Positions 9,913 through 19,007 of a DNA stretch of 64,000 nucleotides are shown here, in pieces. Origin of the DNA: a virus. Each line of letters starts with the position of its first letter. The first letter of the stretch is position 1. The notes under the pieces were generated by a model. That model saw nothing but the letters and a program-made list of their open reading frames with translations, did no database searches and was not told where the DNA came from. Location: positions 32,001 through 96,000 of the IMG/VR virus record IMGVR_UViG_3300012204_000007; one strand, given 5' to 3'. A program made the position numbers and the translations under genes.

Positions 9913-10233
9913 ATGGATGCTTACACGATTGTAGACGAGATGCCTTTTGGTTACCGATGGGCCGTCGAAGATGAGGCTGAACTCTGGTATGTACGCCCCG
10001 AGCGTTTTGTCCAGGTCCGCGTCGGTGGTACCGATGAAGAGCCATCGACCGATATGGCAATCCAGTGGGATTGTTTTATTGAGTTTGGTCCGGACCATGA
10101 CCACGACAGCGCCGGTTGCGAAAACGCAATGGCTGCTGTTACAGATTGGCCGGTAACGAATGAGGAACGCCGTGCCATGGGTGACGACCTACTCTATCCG
10201 ACATATGACTTATTCGGCAATTGGGAGAACTGA
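9913..10233 (+). CDS. Hypothetical acidic protein
   Basis: RBS GAGGA downstream of the promoter. Confidence 0.6.
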   Translation: MDAYTIVDEMPFGYRWAVEDEAELWYVRPERFVQVRVGGTDEEPSTDMAIQWDCFIEFGPDHDHDSAGCENAMAAVTDWPVTNEERRAMGDDLLYPTYDLFGNWEN

Positions 10234-10366
10234 TGGATTGGGATACCTTCTATTTTGAGTTTTGGGTAGAGACACATGAGCCAGGCGATGAGCCCACTGA
10301 TGACGACTACCGCGAATGGCTTTTTGATAAAGCCGAACTAACTTTAGGGAATGATTGGTAAATATA

Positions 10367-10741
10367 ATGAGTAGAATTCTTATTACCGGCTCGCGTGACT
10401 GGACGGACGCGATTGCCATCAAGGTTGCATTGTGCATCCTTGAGACCACTGACAATGTATTGGTTAGTGGCGCATGTCCTACCGGCGCTGACTTTCTTGC
10501 TGAAAAAGCAGCAGAAGAACTAGGGTGGTCCGTAGAACGGCATCCAGCCGATTGGAATAAGCATGGTAGGCGCGCCGGTTTCGTTCGTAATGCTGAAATG
10601 GTGGCGCTTGGTGCAGATGCTTGTGTGGCTTTTATTAAAAACGAAAGCAAGGGTGCCAGCATGACTGCCAAACTCTCAGAGACCGCTGGTATTCTCACAT
10701 TTAGGTTTATTGCCAACTACCCGGACATTGCATTAAAGTGA
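10367..10741 (+). CDS. SLOG/YspA-like (DUF2493-type) protein
   Basis: RILITGSRDW, VSGACPTGAD, HPADW and AGFVRNAEM motifs. Confidence 0.85.
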   Translation: MSRILITGSRDWTDAIAIKVALCILETTDNVLVSGACPTGADFLAEKAAEELGWSVERHPADWNKHGRRAGFVRNAEMVALGADACVAFIKNESKGASMTAKLSETAGILTFRFIANYPDIALK

Positions 10742-11027
10742 TTCATCAAAAAGACACGCCATGTATCTGCGGTCATCTATACTACAGGCACATTATAGTC
10801 TATGACATGATGGCGCGCCAATCGATAGAACACTGCATGTATTGTGATATTTGTAGTGTATTCCGAGAAGATAATGGGAACAGCGTATGATGCGAGAGGC
10901 GACACGCCTTCTATGGCTAGAACTAACCGATTACATCTTTCGAATCGGTTGTTATTCAAAAAAAGTAGGGTCTTGACATACCGTCGCCGGTAGTATAGAC
11001 TGTGGCTACACCTAGCGAAAGGAGCCC

Positions 11028-11216
11028 ATGATGAGCGTAGAGAGACTAGTAACCATTTATGAAGTTCAAGTGGATTGTGCAGTGAGTTCTACTTGGACAC
11101 CCTATACAGGTGGTATTCAGGATATCCAGGCCAGCGACCTAGGCGTGCACATCAATTGGAACTTCGGTGCCACCTTTGTTCCGTGGTCAAACGTAGCATA
11201 CATCTTGGAGGGATGA
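11028..11216 (+). CDS. Hypothetical protein
   Basis: Promoter TTGACA-17-TAGACT and RBS AAAGGAG. Confidence 0.6.
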   Translation: MMSVERLVTIYEVQVDCAVSSTWTPYTGGIQDIQASDLGVHINWNFGATFVPWSNVAYILEG

Positions 11217-11461
11217 TGGAAACCACTAATGGAATGCGTCTCACTCTTACTCGCACCGCATGCAAGCAGGCGGTAAAGCATGGATTGACTGCTGATATCA
11301 TTCAAGAGTGTTTCGACAACCCAGTCCGCGTATCTGCCAGTAAGACACGTGACGGACAGTACCGTATCGTTAGCAAGCAAGTCTGCATCGTAGGCGTGCC
11401 GGTAAACGATACTGAGTTCCGTGGTATCACCATGTATGCGAGGGAGCACAACAATGTCTGA
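11213..11461 (+). CDS. Hypothetical protein
   Basis: ATGA overlap; RBS GGAGG. Confidence 0.6.
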   Translation: MMETTNGMRLTLTRTACKQAVKHGLTADIIQECFDNPVRVSASKTRDGQYRIVSKQVCIVGVPVNDTEFRGITMYAREHNNV

Positions 11462-11708
11462 CCTACTATATATTTATCTGACTATTGCTATTGTATTGGC
11501 TGGCGTATGTTTGGTTATGGTTATTGGTGGGGCTGTTGCCTATAGTGATACCAATAACCATAACCACAATGTAAAAGAAGATATACGCAAAGAAATGCGC
11601 AAAGCATTGGTTGTGCTTGCGGTCTCTCCGTTCTGGCCGCTGGCTCTGTGCTATGTAGTATTTATGGTTGCTCGTAAGGTCTACCTCATCGCAACCGGTA
11701 AAATCTGA
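11454..11708 (+). CDS. Two-TM membrane protein
   Basis: Two hydrophobic stretches; SPFWP motif. Confidence 0.6.
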   Translation: MSDLLYIYLTIAIVLAGVCLVMVIGGAVAYSDTNNHNHNVKEDIRKEMRKALVVLAVSPFWPLALCYVVFMVARKVYLIATGKI

Positions 11709-12172
11709 TGCCTCCAATATGGCCTAATGCGCTTTACAACAACTATGACCTATGTGATAGTTGTGGACACCAATGGCATGGCTTGGCTTGCACAACGATG
11801 CTAAAGTCAACCAACAAGTTAGGCATCGTAACCTATAGCGACCCATGTTTATGTTTAACTTCATTTAAGGAGAACTGATGATTTTCACACGCTCACTCAG
11901 CCTCATGGCAGGAATTTATACCGCTATCCTAACCGTTAGAGCATATGACAATGGGAATCGCGGTTGGGTGGTTGGGTTGGTTTGCTCACTGGTGCTTTTG
12001 AGCATCTATACTTTTGCAGGGGATAAAGAGTAATGGCATTTGGAGTTCCCGGTCTACATGAGGCTATGGCTAGGCTCGATGCGACCGAGGAAAAAATGAC
12101 GCAGTTGGTCGCAGGTATTGATAAAGTGATTGAACTGCTAGAAGAGCAAAATGAGATTCTGAGGAATAAGTA

Positions 12173-12445
12173 ATGCTTAAACCATGTGTAGAATGCGGCG
12201 GTGTAGAAGAACACACTATCAAGCCATTCTGCCCTGCGATGATAAGAGGCGCCGGTAGTAGACGTGACTTGTGCAATTCTATCTATCCACTCAACCATGG
12301 ATATAATAGATGCCAAAAGACCAAAGGCCATGAGGTCGAAGACCCTGTTTGTGTATTTGAACTTGGCCTTGATACCGGTTACCGGTATCAAGAGGAAGTT
12401 CTCTATCAAGATGCCATCCATGCTGTAAACTATGAATTGGAGTAA
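12173..12445 (+). CDS. Hypothetical Cys/His-rich protein
   Basis: ORF within the operon; several Cys and His residues. Confidence 0.5.
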   Translation: MLKPCVECGGVEEHTIKPFCPAMIRGAGSRRDLCNSIYPLNHGYNRCQKTKGHEVEDPVCVFELGLDTGYRYQEEVLYQDAIHAVNYELE

Positions 12446-12589
12446 TAATGATACCCGACCCAGAGAACCATACTTTCTTCGATGAGCAGGATGATGAATA
12501 TAGTGATGGCTCTGAGGATGATTGGTTCTTCATATTCTGTTCGGTGCTATTCATCATCTGGACCGTTTTGATTATTGCATTATTCTTGC

Positions 12590-12785
12590 TATGACATTCG
12601 ACTGGTGTGTACGTGGAGACCACAATGGTTGCAAGCGTGAGTACCGGCGCTTTTTGGTTGACCCGAAGACCAACAAGGTGGTATACTCAGACGATATGAG
12701 ATACTGCGAGTGCAAGGCGCGCGGTTGTAAATGTTATAAACCAACCAAAGACAGAACCAAGACGAGAAAGACGAGACGCAAATGA
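12590..12785 (+). CDS. Hypothetical basic Cys-rich protein
   Basis: ATG at 12590; WC..G.H..C and CEC..C.C motifs. Confidence 0.5.
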
Positions 12786-13006
12786 AAGTAACCGTTGTTA
12801 AGTATTACGACACCGATTCATATAACTCACCGCCTCCGAGAGTGGTGGCTGTAGCAAAGAGCACTTCTGCGGCGATGCGCTGGATTAAGGCCGAGGTTGA
12901 TGGTGAGCATGAGGGCTCCTACAATACCTATGCAAAGGGTCACGATGCCCAATGGTGGTTTGAATACGGTACCTTCCGTCTCGAAGAGGTTGAGGTAGTG
13001 GAATGA
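12782..13006 (+). CDS. Hypothetical protein
   Basis: ATGA-coupled. Confidence 0.6.
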   Translation: MKVTVVKYYDTDSYNSPPPRVVAVAKSTSAAMRWIKAEVDGEHEGSYNTYAKGHDAQWWFEYGTFRLEEVEVVE

Positions 13007-13323
13007 CATTTGTTGACGATATAAAAGAGTTTCTAGAAGAGAACCCCACAGACACACATGGTATTACATATTGGTTTGGTGCTACATTCGTAGAGTCTGA
13101 AACACATGACAAGCGTCGTTGGTATACTGTAGAGCATACAATCTTCAAAAAGCGTACGCTACAGTTGGAAGGCACCGACCTAGAGTGGGTCAAGGAAGAG
13201 TATGTGCTTGTGGAGCACTGTGAGCCTGCTACAGAATTGCAGGAGCGTGATGGGCTACCAGAGCCCACCGTATTTGCAGTAGAGCCTTACGAGGTCACTG
13301 AGACGAGGTACCGGCCGATATGA
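13003..13323 (+). CDS. Hypothetical protein
   Basis: ATGA-coupled; RRW...E.C.PATE.QE motif. Confidence 0.65.
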   Translation: MTFVDDIKEFLEENPTDTHGITYWFGATFVESETHDKRRWYTVEHTIFKKRTLQLEGTDLEWVKEEYVLVEHCEPATELQERDGLPEPTVFAVEPYEVTETRYRPI

Positions 13324-13634
13324 AGCCAGAGGATGCATTCACCAAGAAGAGCCTAAAGCGATACAAGAAGATTAGACGTATTGCAGACGACACATATGTC
13401 GCGCTCGGCTATAATATAATTGTCGGTAGAAAGCGCGTCGAAGATGGTAAGTCAGATATTGTCTACTTAGAGGTAAGGCGTGCACACGCCTTCAACGAGG
13501 GCTACACCAGCCATTGCTTTTGTTTTGAGTCCATGCCAACAAAGCGCGAAGTCACCCAAGTCATTAGGCTGTTGATACTGACGGCGATGAATGTCACCGT
13601 TACTACAGAAGGAGAGAAGCCATGTGGATTCTGA
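13320..13634 (+). CDS. Hypothetical protein
   Basis: ATGA-coupled. Confidence 0.55.
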   Translation: MKPEDAFTKKSLKRYKKIRRIADDTYVALGYNIIVGRKRVEDGKSDIVYLEVRRAHAFNEGYTSHCFCFESMPTKREVTQVIRLLILTAMNVTVTTEGEKPCGF

Positions 13635-13943
13635 CAGTTATCGTAACGGTATTCGGTATCGTAGTAGGTAGAGAAATAGTCAAAACAACGTTTGAAAATA
13701 GTCGCAAGACTAACTATAAAGGCATGGTTTTGTTTTCTATGTGGGTTGTTACATACGTAATATATATATGGGTGGCAATCTGATGGTCTTTATATATATA
13801 TGTATTCTGCTGATTGTATGGTTCATCATATGGCGACCCAGTATGGTCGATGCATTCAAGAATAGAAAGACCAACGACGCCGGTATAAAGCAACTAGACA
13901 ACATCGAATACATCGAAGACATTCTTAAAGAATGGAAGGATAA

Positions 13944-14150
13944 ATGAAACTTACATTAACAGGCAGCGAGTGGATGTTAGAGATTGACACCGATATCAAT
14001 AGACATGGAGTAGGAGTGACACCAATGTCGCTTACTCATCACTCCTTTCCCACTCATTACACAAGGGACGGATATCCAATGGGAATTGAATTCTTCCCAG
14101 CAGGTGAATGCGACATTGCAGGTTATTGGGTGGAGGTAGATAGCCGATGA
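13944..14150 (+). CDS. Hypothetical protein
   Basis: RBS AAGGA; coupled. Confidence 0.5.
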   Translation: MKLTLTGSEWMLEIDTDINRHGVGVTPMSLTHHSFPTHYTRDGYPMGIEFFPAGECDIAGYWVEVDSR

Positions 14151-14788
14151 ACTATACAACTGAGAATGCACAAGAATTGATTGAAGAGTGGGACTACCAC
14201 AATCGTAGGCATAACTGCTATTATGAGCAGTCTGATGATGCTGGTCCCTATGAAGAATGCCCAGCCGAACACGCGACACTGCGTGCATTCATGATGAGCA
14301 AGGGATTCCCTGTCAGTTACAAGAATGATTGGGTTCTTGGACGTGAACTAAACGAACCTAATTATAGATTGAAGAGCGAAGCAATATATGGACCAAGGCG
14401 GGTAAACTCATTGTCTACCCGCCTAAAGGAAAGTATTGAGCGTCTAGAATCCAAAGGCCACGCGGTAGAAAAGATTGAGACCCCAGAGGAACAGGAAGCC
14501 TTCGACACCGCATGGAAGACGCCTCTACGAGACAGGTACAAGCAAGTGTTGACAGACAACACGGACGCCGTGCTGAGGAATAGGGCTGAGAGGGCCAGAA
14601 ACGACGGTCAGAGCGCCGGTAGTAATGAAGTGGACCCAGGACACCATGAGTATTATAAGAGCCGTTTAGACAGCATAGAGAGTGTTCTTGTAAATGTGGT
14701 TAGAAAGTTGGACTGGATTCAAGAGCGGTTGGGCGAACTCGCGCCGGTAGTAACAGATGATGATTATAACTGGTATGACGACCTATGA
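14147..14788 (+). CDS. Hypothetical protein
   Basis: 213-aa ORF; RBS GGAGG; ATGA-coupled. Confidence 0.65.
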   Translation: MNYTTENAQELIEEWDYHNRRHNCYYEQSDDAGPYEECPAEHATLRAFMMSKGFPVSYKNDWVLGRELNEPNYRLKSEAIYGPRRVNSLSTRLKESIERLESKGHAVEKIETPEEQEAFDTAWKTPLRDRYKQVLTDNTDAVLRNRAERARNDGQSAGSNEVDPGHHEYYKSRLDSIESVLVNVVRKLDWIQERLGELAPVVTDDDYNWYDDL

Positions 14789-14931
14789 GCGCCGGTAGGA
14801 AATTTAATCAAGAAGATATTGATGAAATCATTCCCAAAATTCACGGTAACAAAGCAACTGTAGTTTGGTTTACTAATGGTCAATACTACTGCTCTTGTGG
14901 TGGCAACAATGAACTTATACTTCGTGAATAA
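14785..14931 (+). CDS. Small hypothetical protein (48 aa, not in the ORF track)
   Basis: ATGA overlap with the previous gene; translates MSAGRKFNQEDID...YYCSCGG...LRE. Confidence 0.45.
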   Translation: MSAGRKFNQEDIDEIIPKIHGNKATVVWFTNGQYYCSCGGNNELILRE

Positions 14932-14938
14932 GAAAAGA

Positions 14939-14981
14939 TTATCCACAAGATAGGTTAACCTGTGGATAAAGTTGTGGAAAA
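14939..14981. promoter_or_regulatory. Cluster of DnaA boxes
   Basis: TTATCCACA at 14939-14947, inverted TGTGGATAA at 14961-14969, and a 1-mismatch TGTGGAAAA at 14973-14981. Confidence 0.55.
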
Positions 14982-15637
14982 AGAGTTAACACCGTAAACA
15001 AAAGTAATATGTGTAAACTGTGTAGGGGATATAGTGTATTGGAAATATACAAATGCGCCAAATTTAAGCCTATTTTATGTACAATTGGCCTAATTTTATC
15101 CAAAAAAGTGTACCAATGGCCCAATATACCCAAAAATGACCCAAAACCTCATATGCCATACAAAACCGGGCCGGTAGTCAGTCTTTGTTATACTTACTAG
15201 ATATTATTATAGGGATTGACTACCGCGCCCGTTGAATATAGCATATCACAGCGTTCAATTACCATTTTGTAAGTTGAATATGACATTTGGGAAGGTTAGG
15301 TATCACTTGATGCATTAAAATAGACCATTTGATAGGGTAAAATATATACCAATACAGACCATATGGTCTGTCTCGTAATGTTTATTCTACGGATATCGTT
15401 GTTGAGTGAGGTTTTGAACCATGAGATAATCTGAATTTTCCAGGAGATTCTACGCCCTATCGTAATACTCTCTGATATAGATATGTCAATTATTTCATAA
15501 ATGACAATACTGTTCAGGAGATATATACTTTCGTCGTAATCTATTGTGATATTGTTATCTCAATTGTTTAAATGGGAAAATGTTATGGGAATTGCCCACC
15601 ACCGTAAGGTGGTGGGCAAAACCAAAGGATATAAGAA

Positions 15638-15655
15638 AAGGCCCCGAAGGGCCTT
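15638..15655 (-). terminator. Intrinsic terminator (UUCG loop, U-tract on the minus strand)
   Basis: AAGGCCC-CGAA-GGGCCTT preceded by A-rich sequence, 3 nt past the stop of 15659..15910. Confidence 0.75.
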
Positions 15656-15658
15656 GAC

Positions 15659-15910
15659 TTATGCGACTCGCAGCAGCACGTCTTCACGAGCCTCAGCCAG
15701 CGTCATGTCATAATGACCCCAGCAAGCGCACTGGTTCAGGTCACTATCGTAGTAAAGATAGTGAGTTGAAAAGGCTCGACTGGGGAATGAGTACGCGGGC
15801 TGTCTGACTACCGCCCAACCACAAAGCATGTTCTCTACCTCTTCGGCGGCCTCGTCGCGGATGAAAGCAACCAATTCACCGTGCAGGCCGGTGACAGTGT
15901 GAATGTTCAT
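15659..15910 (-). CDS. Hypothetical protein
   Basis: RBS AAGGAG; WGHYD motif; followed by a terminator. Confidence 0.7.
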   Translation of the reverse strand: MNIHTVTGLHGELVAFIRDEAAEEVENMLCGWAVVRQPAYSFPSRAFSTHYLYYDSDLNQCACWGHYDMTLAEAREDVLLRVA

Positions 15911-15919
15911 TATTACTCC

Positions 15920-16441
15920 TTAGAAGTATCGGTTGTACTCATACTGGTACTTGGTGGGCATGTCTTCTAGACTCATGGTATCACCATTCTTGGTCCAGCG
16001 CAAGGGAGTACGACCACATGGGTGATGGAAGTATACGCGCTGAGGGAGACGGTGTGCCTTGTGAACTGCCTTATCGCAGATGCAGCACGTACCAACTACC
16101 GCGTGGTCTGGACGTACTGAGGGCGTTACACACCGCTCCGGAGTGGCACCAACCTTACGGGCAACGATGCGCCAGCGAGGACCATGATGTGCCTCTGCAC
16201 CAGCAATTGCATGCGCAATCTCATGTAACACCACATCGCGGACCTCGGCGGCCGGTAGCAGAGTTACATAGTGCTTTGATAGGCTGATATTAATGGGCTT
16301 CCAGATGGTATCGTTCCACTCCTTGATGAATTGAGTTTGACCAAGCCTGGTCTTAGAATTGTCAAACTTGAACTCAAGGTGACCGACACCATGGAGAGCC
16401 ATCAGGGCCTTTGCATGCTTCTCTACCTGTCTAAGTTCCAT
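15920..16441 (-). CDS. SprT-like zinc metalloprotease
   Basis: LHEIAHA (HExxH) and HHGPRW motifs; leaderless promoter TTGACG-18-TAAGGT. Confidence 0.88.
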   Translation of the reverse strand: MELRQVEKHAKALMALHGVGHLEFKFDNSKTRLGQTQFIKEWNDTIWKPINISLSKHYVTLLPAAEVRDVVLHEIAHAIAGAEAHHGPRWRIVARKVGATPERCVTPSVRPDHAVVGTCCICDKAVHKAHRLPQRVYFHHPCGRTPLRWTKNGDTMSLEDMPTKYQYEYNRYF

Positions 16442-16523
16442 GGTGTAACCTTACCTCATATTCTCTACCGGCGTCAAGACGCTGTGTGCTTTTGCCCACC
16501 ATGTTTCACTGTTGGGCATTTAC

Positions 16524-16647
16524 AAAAGATACAACAAGGCCCGAGCATCGTCGTGGCGATGCTCGGGCCGGTATGTGAAGGTGGATTGACCGTCAAACTC
16601 CTTATGCCCTAGCCTGCCGACTGATAGGGCCACCTTCGTTATGTTGT
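16524..16647 (-). ncRNA. Candidate structured small RNA (about 120 nt)
   Basis: Promoter TTGACA-17-TACACT (16682-16654); 13-bp terminator stem 16538-16569; internal pairings GAAGGUGG/CCACCUUC and CCCUA/UAGGG; no RBS-led ORF. Confidence 0.5.
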
Positions 16648-16698
16648 GTAACAAGTGTAGCAGACGGGCGGTAGCGTGTCAACTACCGCCCGTCGTGG

Positions 16699-17049
16699 TC
16701 ACTCAGCCAGACGCTCAGCCTCAAGAGCCAGCGCGAGCAGGTCCTTGTCGAAACGACCACGCTTACCAGCCGGGTGACCGAGCAGCGCGCGGGCGTGCTC
16801 CGTGGTGACAGTGACAGGCTTGGTCGTCTTGCGACCACCCGCGAGCATCACGACATTCACGGTGATGGTCCGCTTCTCAGCCTCGGAAGCGACCACGTAG
16901 ACCTTGCTGCGGTTGGCCTTGTTGAAGGCGGCGATGATGTCCGGGTTGAGTCGGCCTCGGGTACCGGGAGCCTTGACGCCCTCGGGCTTGGCCTCGTTGA
17001 ACCACTCGCGTACGGCGCTGGCGGGAACGTTGGTCTTCTTGCTAGCCAT
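16699..17049 (-). CDS. Lsr2-like DNA-binding protein with two RGR AT-hook modules
   Basis: SAVREW...GTRGRL..DIIAAF and a second GKRGRF; RBS AAGGAG; promoter TTGACA-17-TAGAGT. Confidence 0.8.
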   Translation of the reverse strand: MASKKTNVPASAVREWFNEAKPEGVKAPGTRGRLNPDIIAAFNKANRSKVYVVASEAEKRTITVNVVMLAGGRKTTKPVTVTTEHARALLGHPAGKRGRFDKDLLALALEAERLAE

Positions 17050-17266
17050 GGTGTTTCTCCTTAGAGTTGTTGTTGGTTGGCTTATGAGTGATACTCTACG
17101 CGATTCTGGTGTTGCTGTCAAGCCTTTTGAGAAGTTTTAACCGCCGAACATGATGCCATAGACGATGGCACCGAGCATCGCAAGGACTGGCCACATGCCG
17201 ATTATGGCAAGGCCAAGACATAGACCGAGCGTTACCATGGCGGCTATTAATATGCGGTCGATACAA

Positions 17267-17635
17267 TCACCGCCTTTCTTCAATGCTGACAGTGATGAAA
17301 TTGTGAATCGTGGGGGTGTTACACATGTGGTTAGTGAGACTCACCCGACACGTGTTGCAACACTCACGCATGGAATACGTCTTACCGTCAGCATCCCGCG
17401 CGAGGTATTCCTTCTCAGGAAAGCGGAAATCATCAGGCGAGAGATAGGGAGAATCTCCATCCTTCTTGACCTCGGGAGCCTTGTCAGACTTGACTACCGG
17501 CGCGCCGGTAGTAGAATCAGAGAATCGCATACCCTCAGACTCAGCCTTAACAAGTGCCTCTTTTGCGGCATTGGAGAACTTGCCACGGCCAGGCTTAGCC
17601 AGACCCTTTGAAACGAGGTAATCACGCTTGTTCAC
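17267..17635 (-). CDS. Hypothetical protein (N-terminal GRGK hook-like motif, C-terminal Cys/His cluster)
   Basis: RDYLVSKGLAKPGRGKFS; ECCNTC...H.C; RBS AGGAGG. Confidence 0.65.
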   Translation of the reverse strand: MNKRDYLVSKGLAKPGRGKFSNAAKEALVKAESEGMRFSDSTTGAPVVKSDKAPEVKKDGDSPYLSPDDFRFPEKEYLARDADGKTYSMRECCNTCRVSLTNHMCNTPTIHNFITVSIEERR

Positions 17636-17838
17636 TTTGCCTCCTGAGGAATTGAGTAATCAAGCGGAACAACCACGACATTGTTTTCACAAATCATGGG
17701 ACCATCGTTGGCTAGGTCTCCGCTGTTATGCACATAGACAGCCTCTGGATAGGTTGCCAATCGGAAGACGGCAGGACAGCCTTCACAGAAGACGCGGTTG
17801 GAATACGGGACGTTGAGCACGAGGGTATGAAGGTGCAT
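17632..17838 (-). CDS. Hypothetical protein
   Basis: ATG at 17838 after RBS AAAGGA; GTGA overlap. Confidence 0.55.
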   Translation of the reverse strand: MHLHTLVLNVPYSNRVFCEGCPAVFRLATYPEAVYVHNSGDLANDGPMICENNVVVVPLDYSIPQEAK

Positions 17839-17905
17839 GGTGTTCCTTTCTCTTGAGATAAGCATACCCCATTGTAATGGGTATGTCCAGCCCTATGGGC
17901 TGGCA

Positions 17906-18211
17906 TCACCACCAGGGGCGAACAATAGGGTCAATGTACTCGGAGAGGTTCACGCCGTGGTCGCAGGCGACTTCCTCAGGGTCATTGCCGAGAACAAAGA
18001 AGATGAATGATGTACGACCATCGGGCAGGTCGACGTACACAATGGCCTCATCTACGTTGGTAACTAGGTCAACAGCCTCCTGCACGGAACTGACTTCCTG
18101 AGTCTCCTCTGGATTCCATGTATCGTCACCCACGCTTGTGACCTTGCAGCCCACGTTGGTGAGACCGTCAAGGATGAGAGTGATGGCTTCGCGGTCGTTG
18201 CTGGGCTTCAT
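17906..18211 (-). CDS. Hypothetical acidic protein
   Basis: RBS AAGGAG; promoter TTGTAA-17-TACGCT; VLGNDPEE...D motif. Confidence 0.7.
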   Translation of the reverse strand: MKPSNDREAITLILDGLTNVGCKVTSVGDDTWNPEETQEVSSVQEAVDLVTNVDEAIVYVDLPDGRTSFIFFVLGNDPEEVACDHGVNLSEYIDPIVRPWW

Positions 18212-18382
18212 TGAAACTCCTTGGTTCGTTTGGCTGGTAAGTACAGCGTAACAGAAAATCCCAGTGATTACAAGGCTCTATCGTAATGGGATTATATGGG
18301 ACGCGGGCAAAATGAAAATGCCCAACACGATGGTGGGCAAAACGGTAGGATATAGAAAAGCCCCGCCGAAGCGGGGCTAATC

Positions 18383-18733
18383 TTAGTCGTTAGCGCAACG
18401 AACCGGGTCGTCGGCGTCCATGCCCTGGCGATAGAGCGGAGCGCCGTCCGGGTCGGTGGCCTGAGTCCAGCCATCGGACTCATCGGCATTCCAGTCGTAG
18501 TCCCAAACCTTTCCGCACGACATGCACTCGCCGTGCAGGTCATCAATCCAGTCGAGGTCGCCACCAGTGCACCAGCGCTGGTCGCGCTCACACGGAGCCT
18601 CGCCGTCGTTGTCGTAGAAGTGGTCGGCTTCATAGTCCGCTTGCGCGTCCATGTCCAGTTGCTGCTCGAATCGCCACGCGGCGCCATCCATGATGGGCTC
18701 GCCGTCTTCGTTGGTCCATCCATAATTGCTCAT
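18383..18733 (-). CDS. Highly acidic hypothetical protein with Cys cluster
   Basis: D/E/W-rich ORF followed by the GCCCCGC-CGAA-GCGGGGC terminator. Confidence 0.7.
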   Translation of the reverse strand: MSNYGWTNEDGEPIMDGAAWRFEQQLDMDAQADYEADHFYDNDGEAPCERDQRWCTGGDLDWIDDLHGECMSCGKVWDYDWNADESDGWTQATDPDGAPLYRQGMDADDPVRCAND

Positions 18734-19007
18734 GGTGCAATCCTACTCGTCATCGTTGGGGTTGTCAAGGACCGGCACGCCATCTTCAAGATGATAACGC
18801 GGGTCATGCGTGAGGCATGAATGGGTTTCGTCTGGTGTGTCATACATATATTAATTACACTACCGTCGTATTTAAAAGTCAAGTCTTTAATGGAAATGCC
18901 CACCATCCTCCGGATGGTGGGCAAAACCGCCGGTAGGCGGTTTTGCTATTAACTGAATGCCCCTATTACAATAATGACAATGACAACAATAACAATTGCC
19001 ACCATCA

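Noticed and set aside
15009-15200. Short ORFs in the AT-rich gap
   Set aside because: No RBS and atypical composition; likely non-coding.
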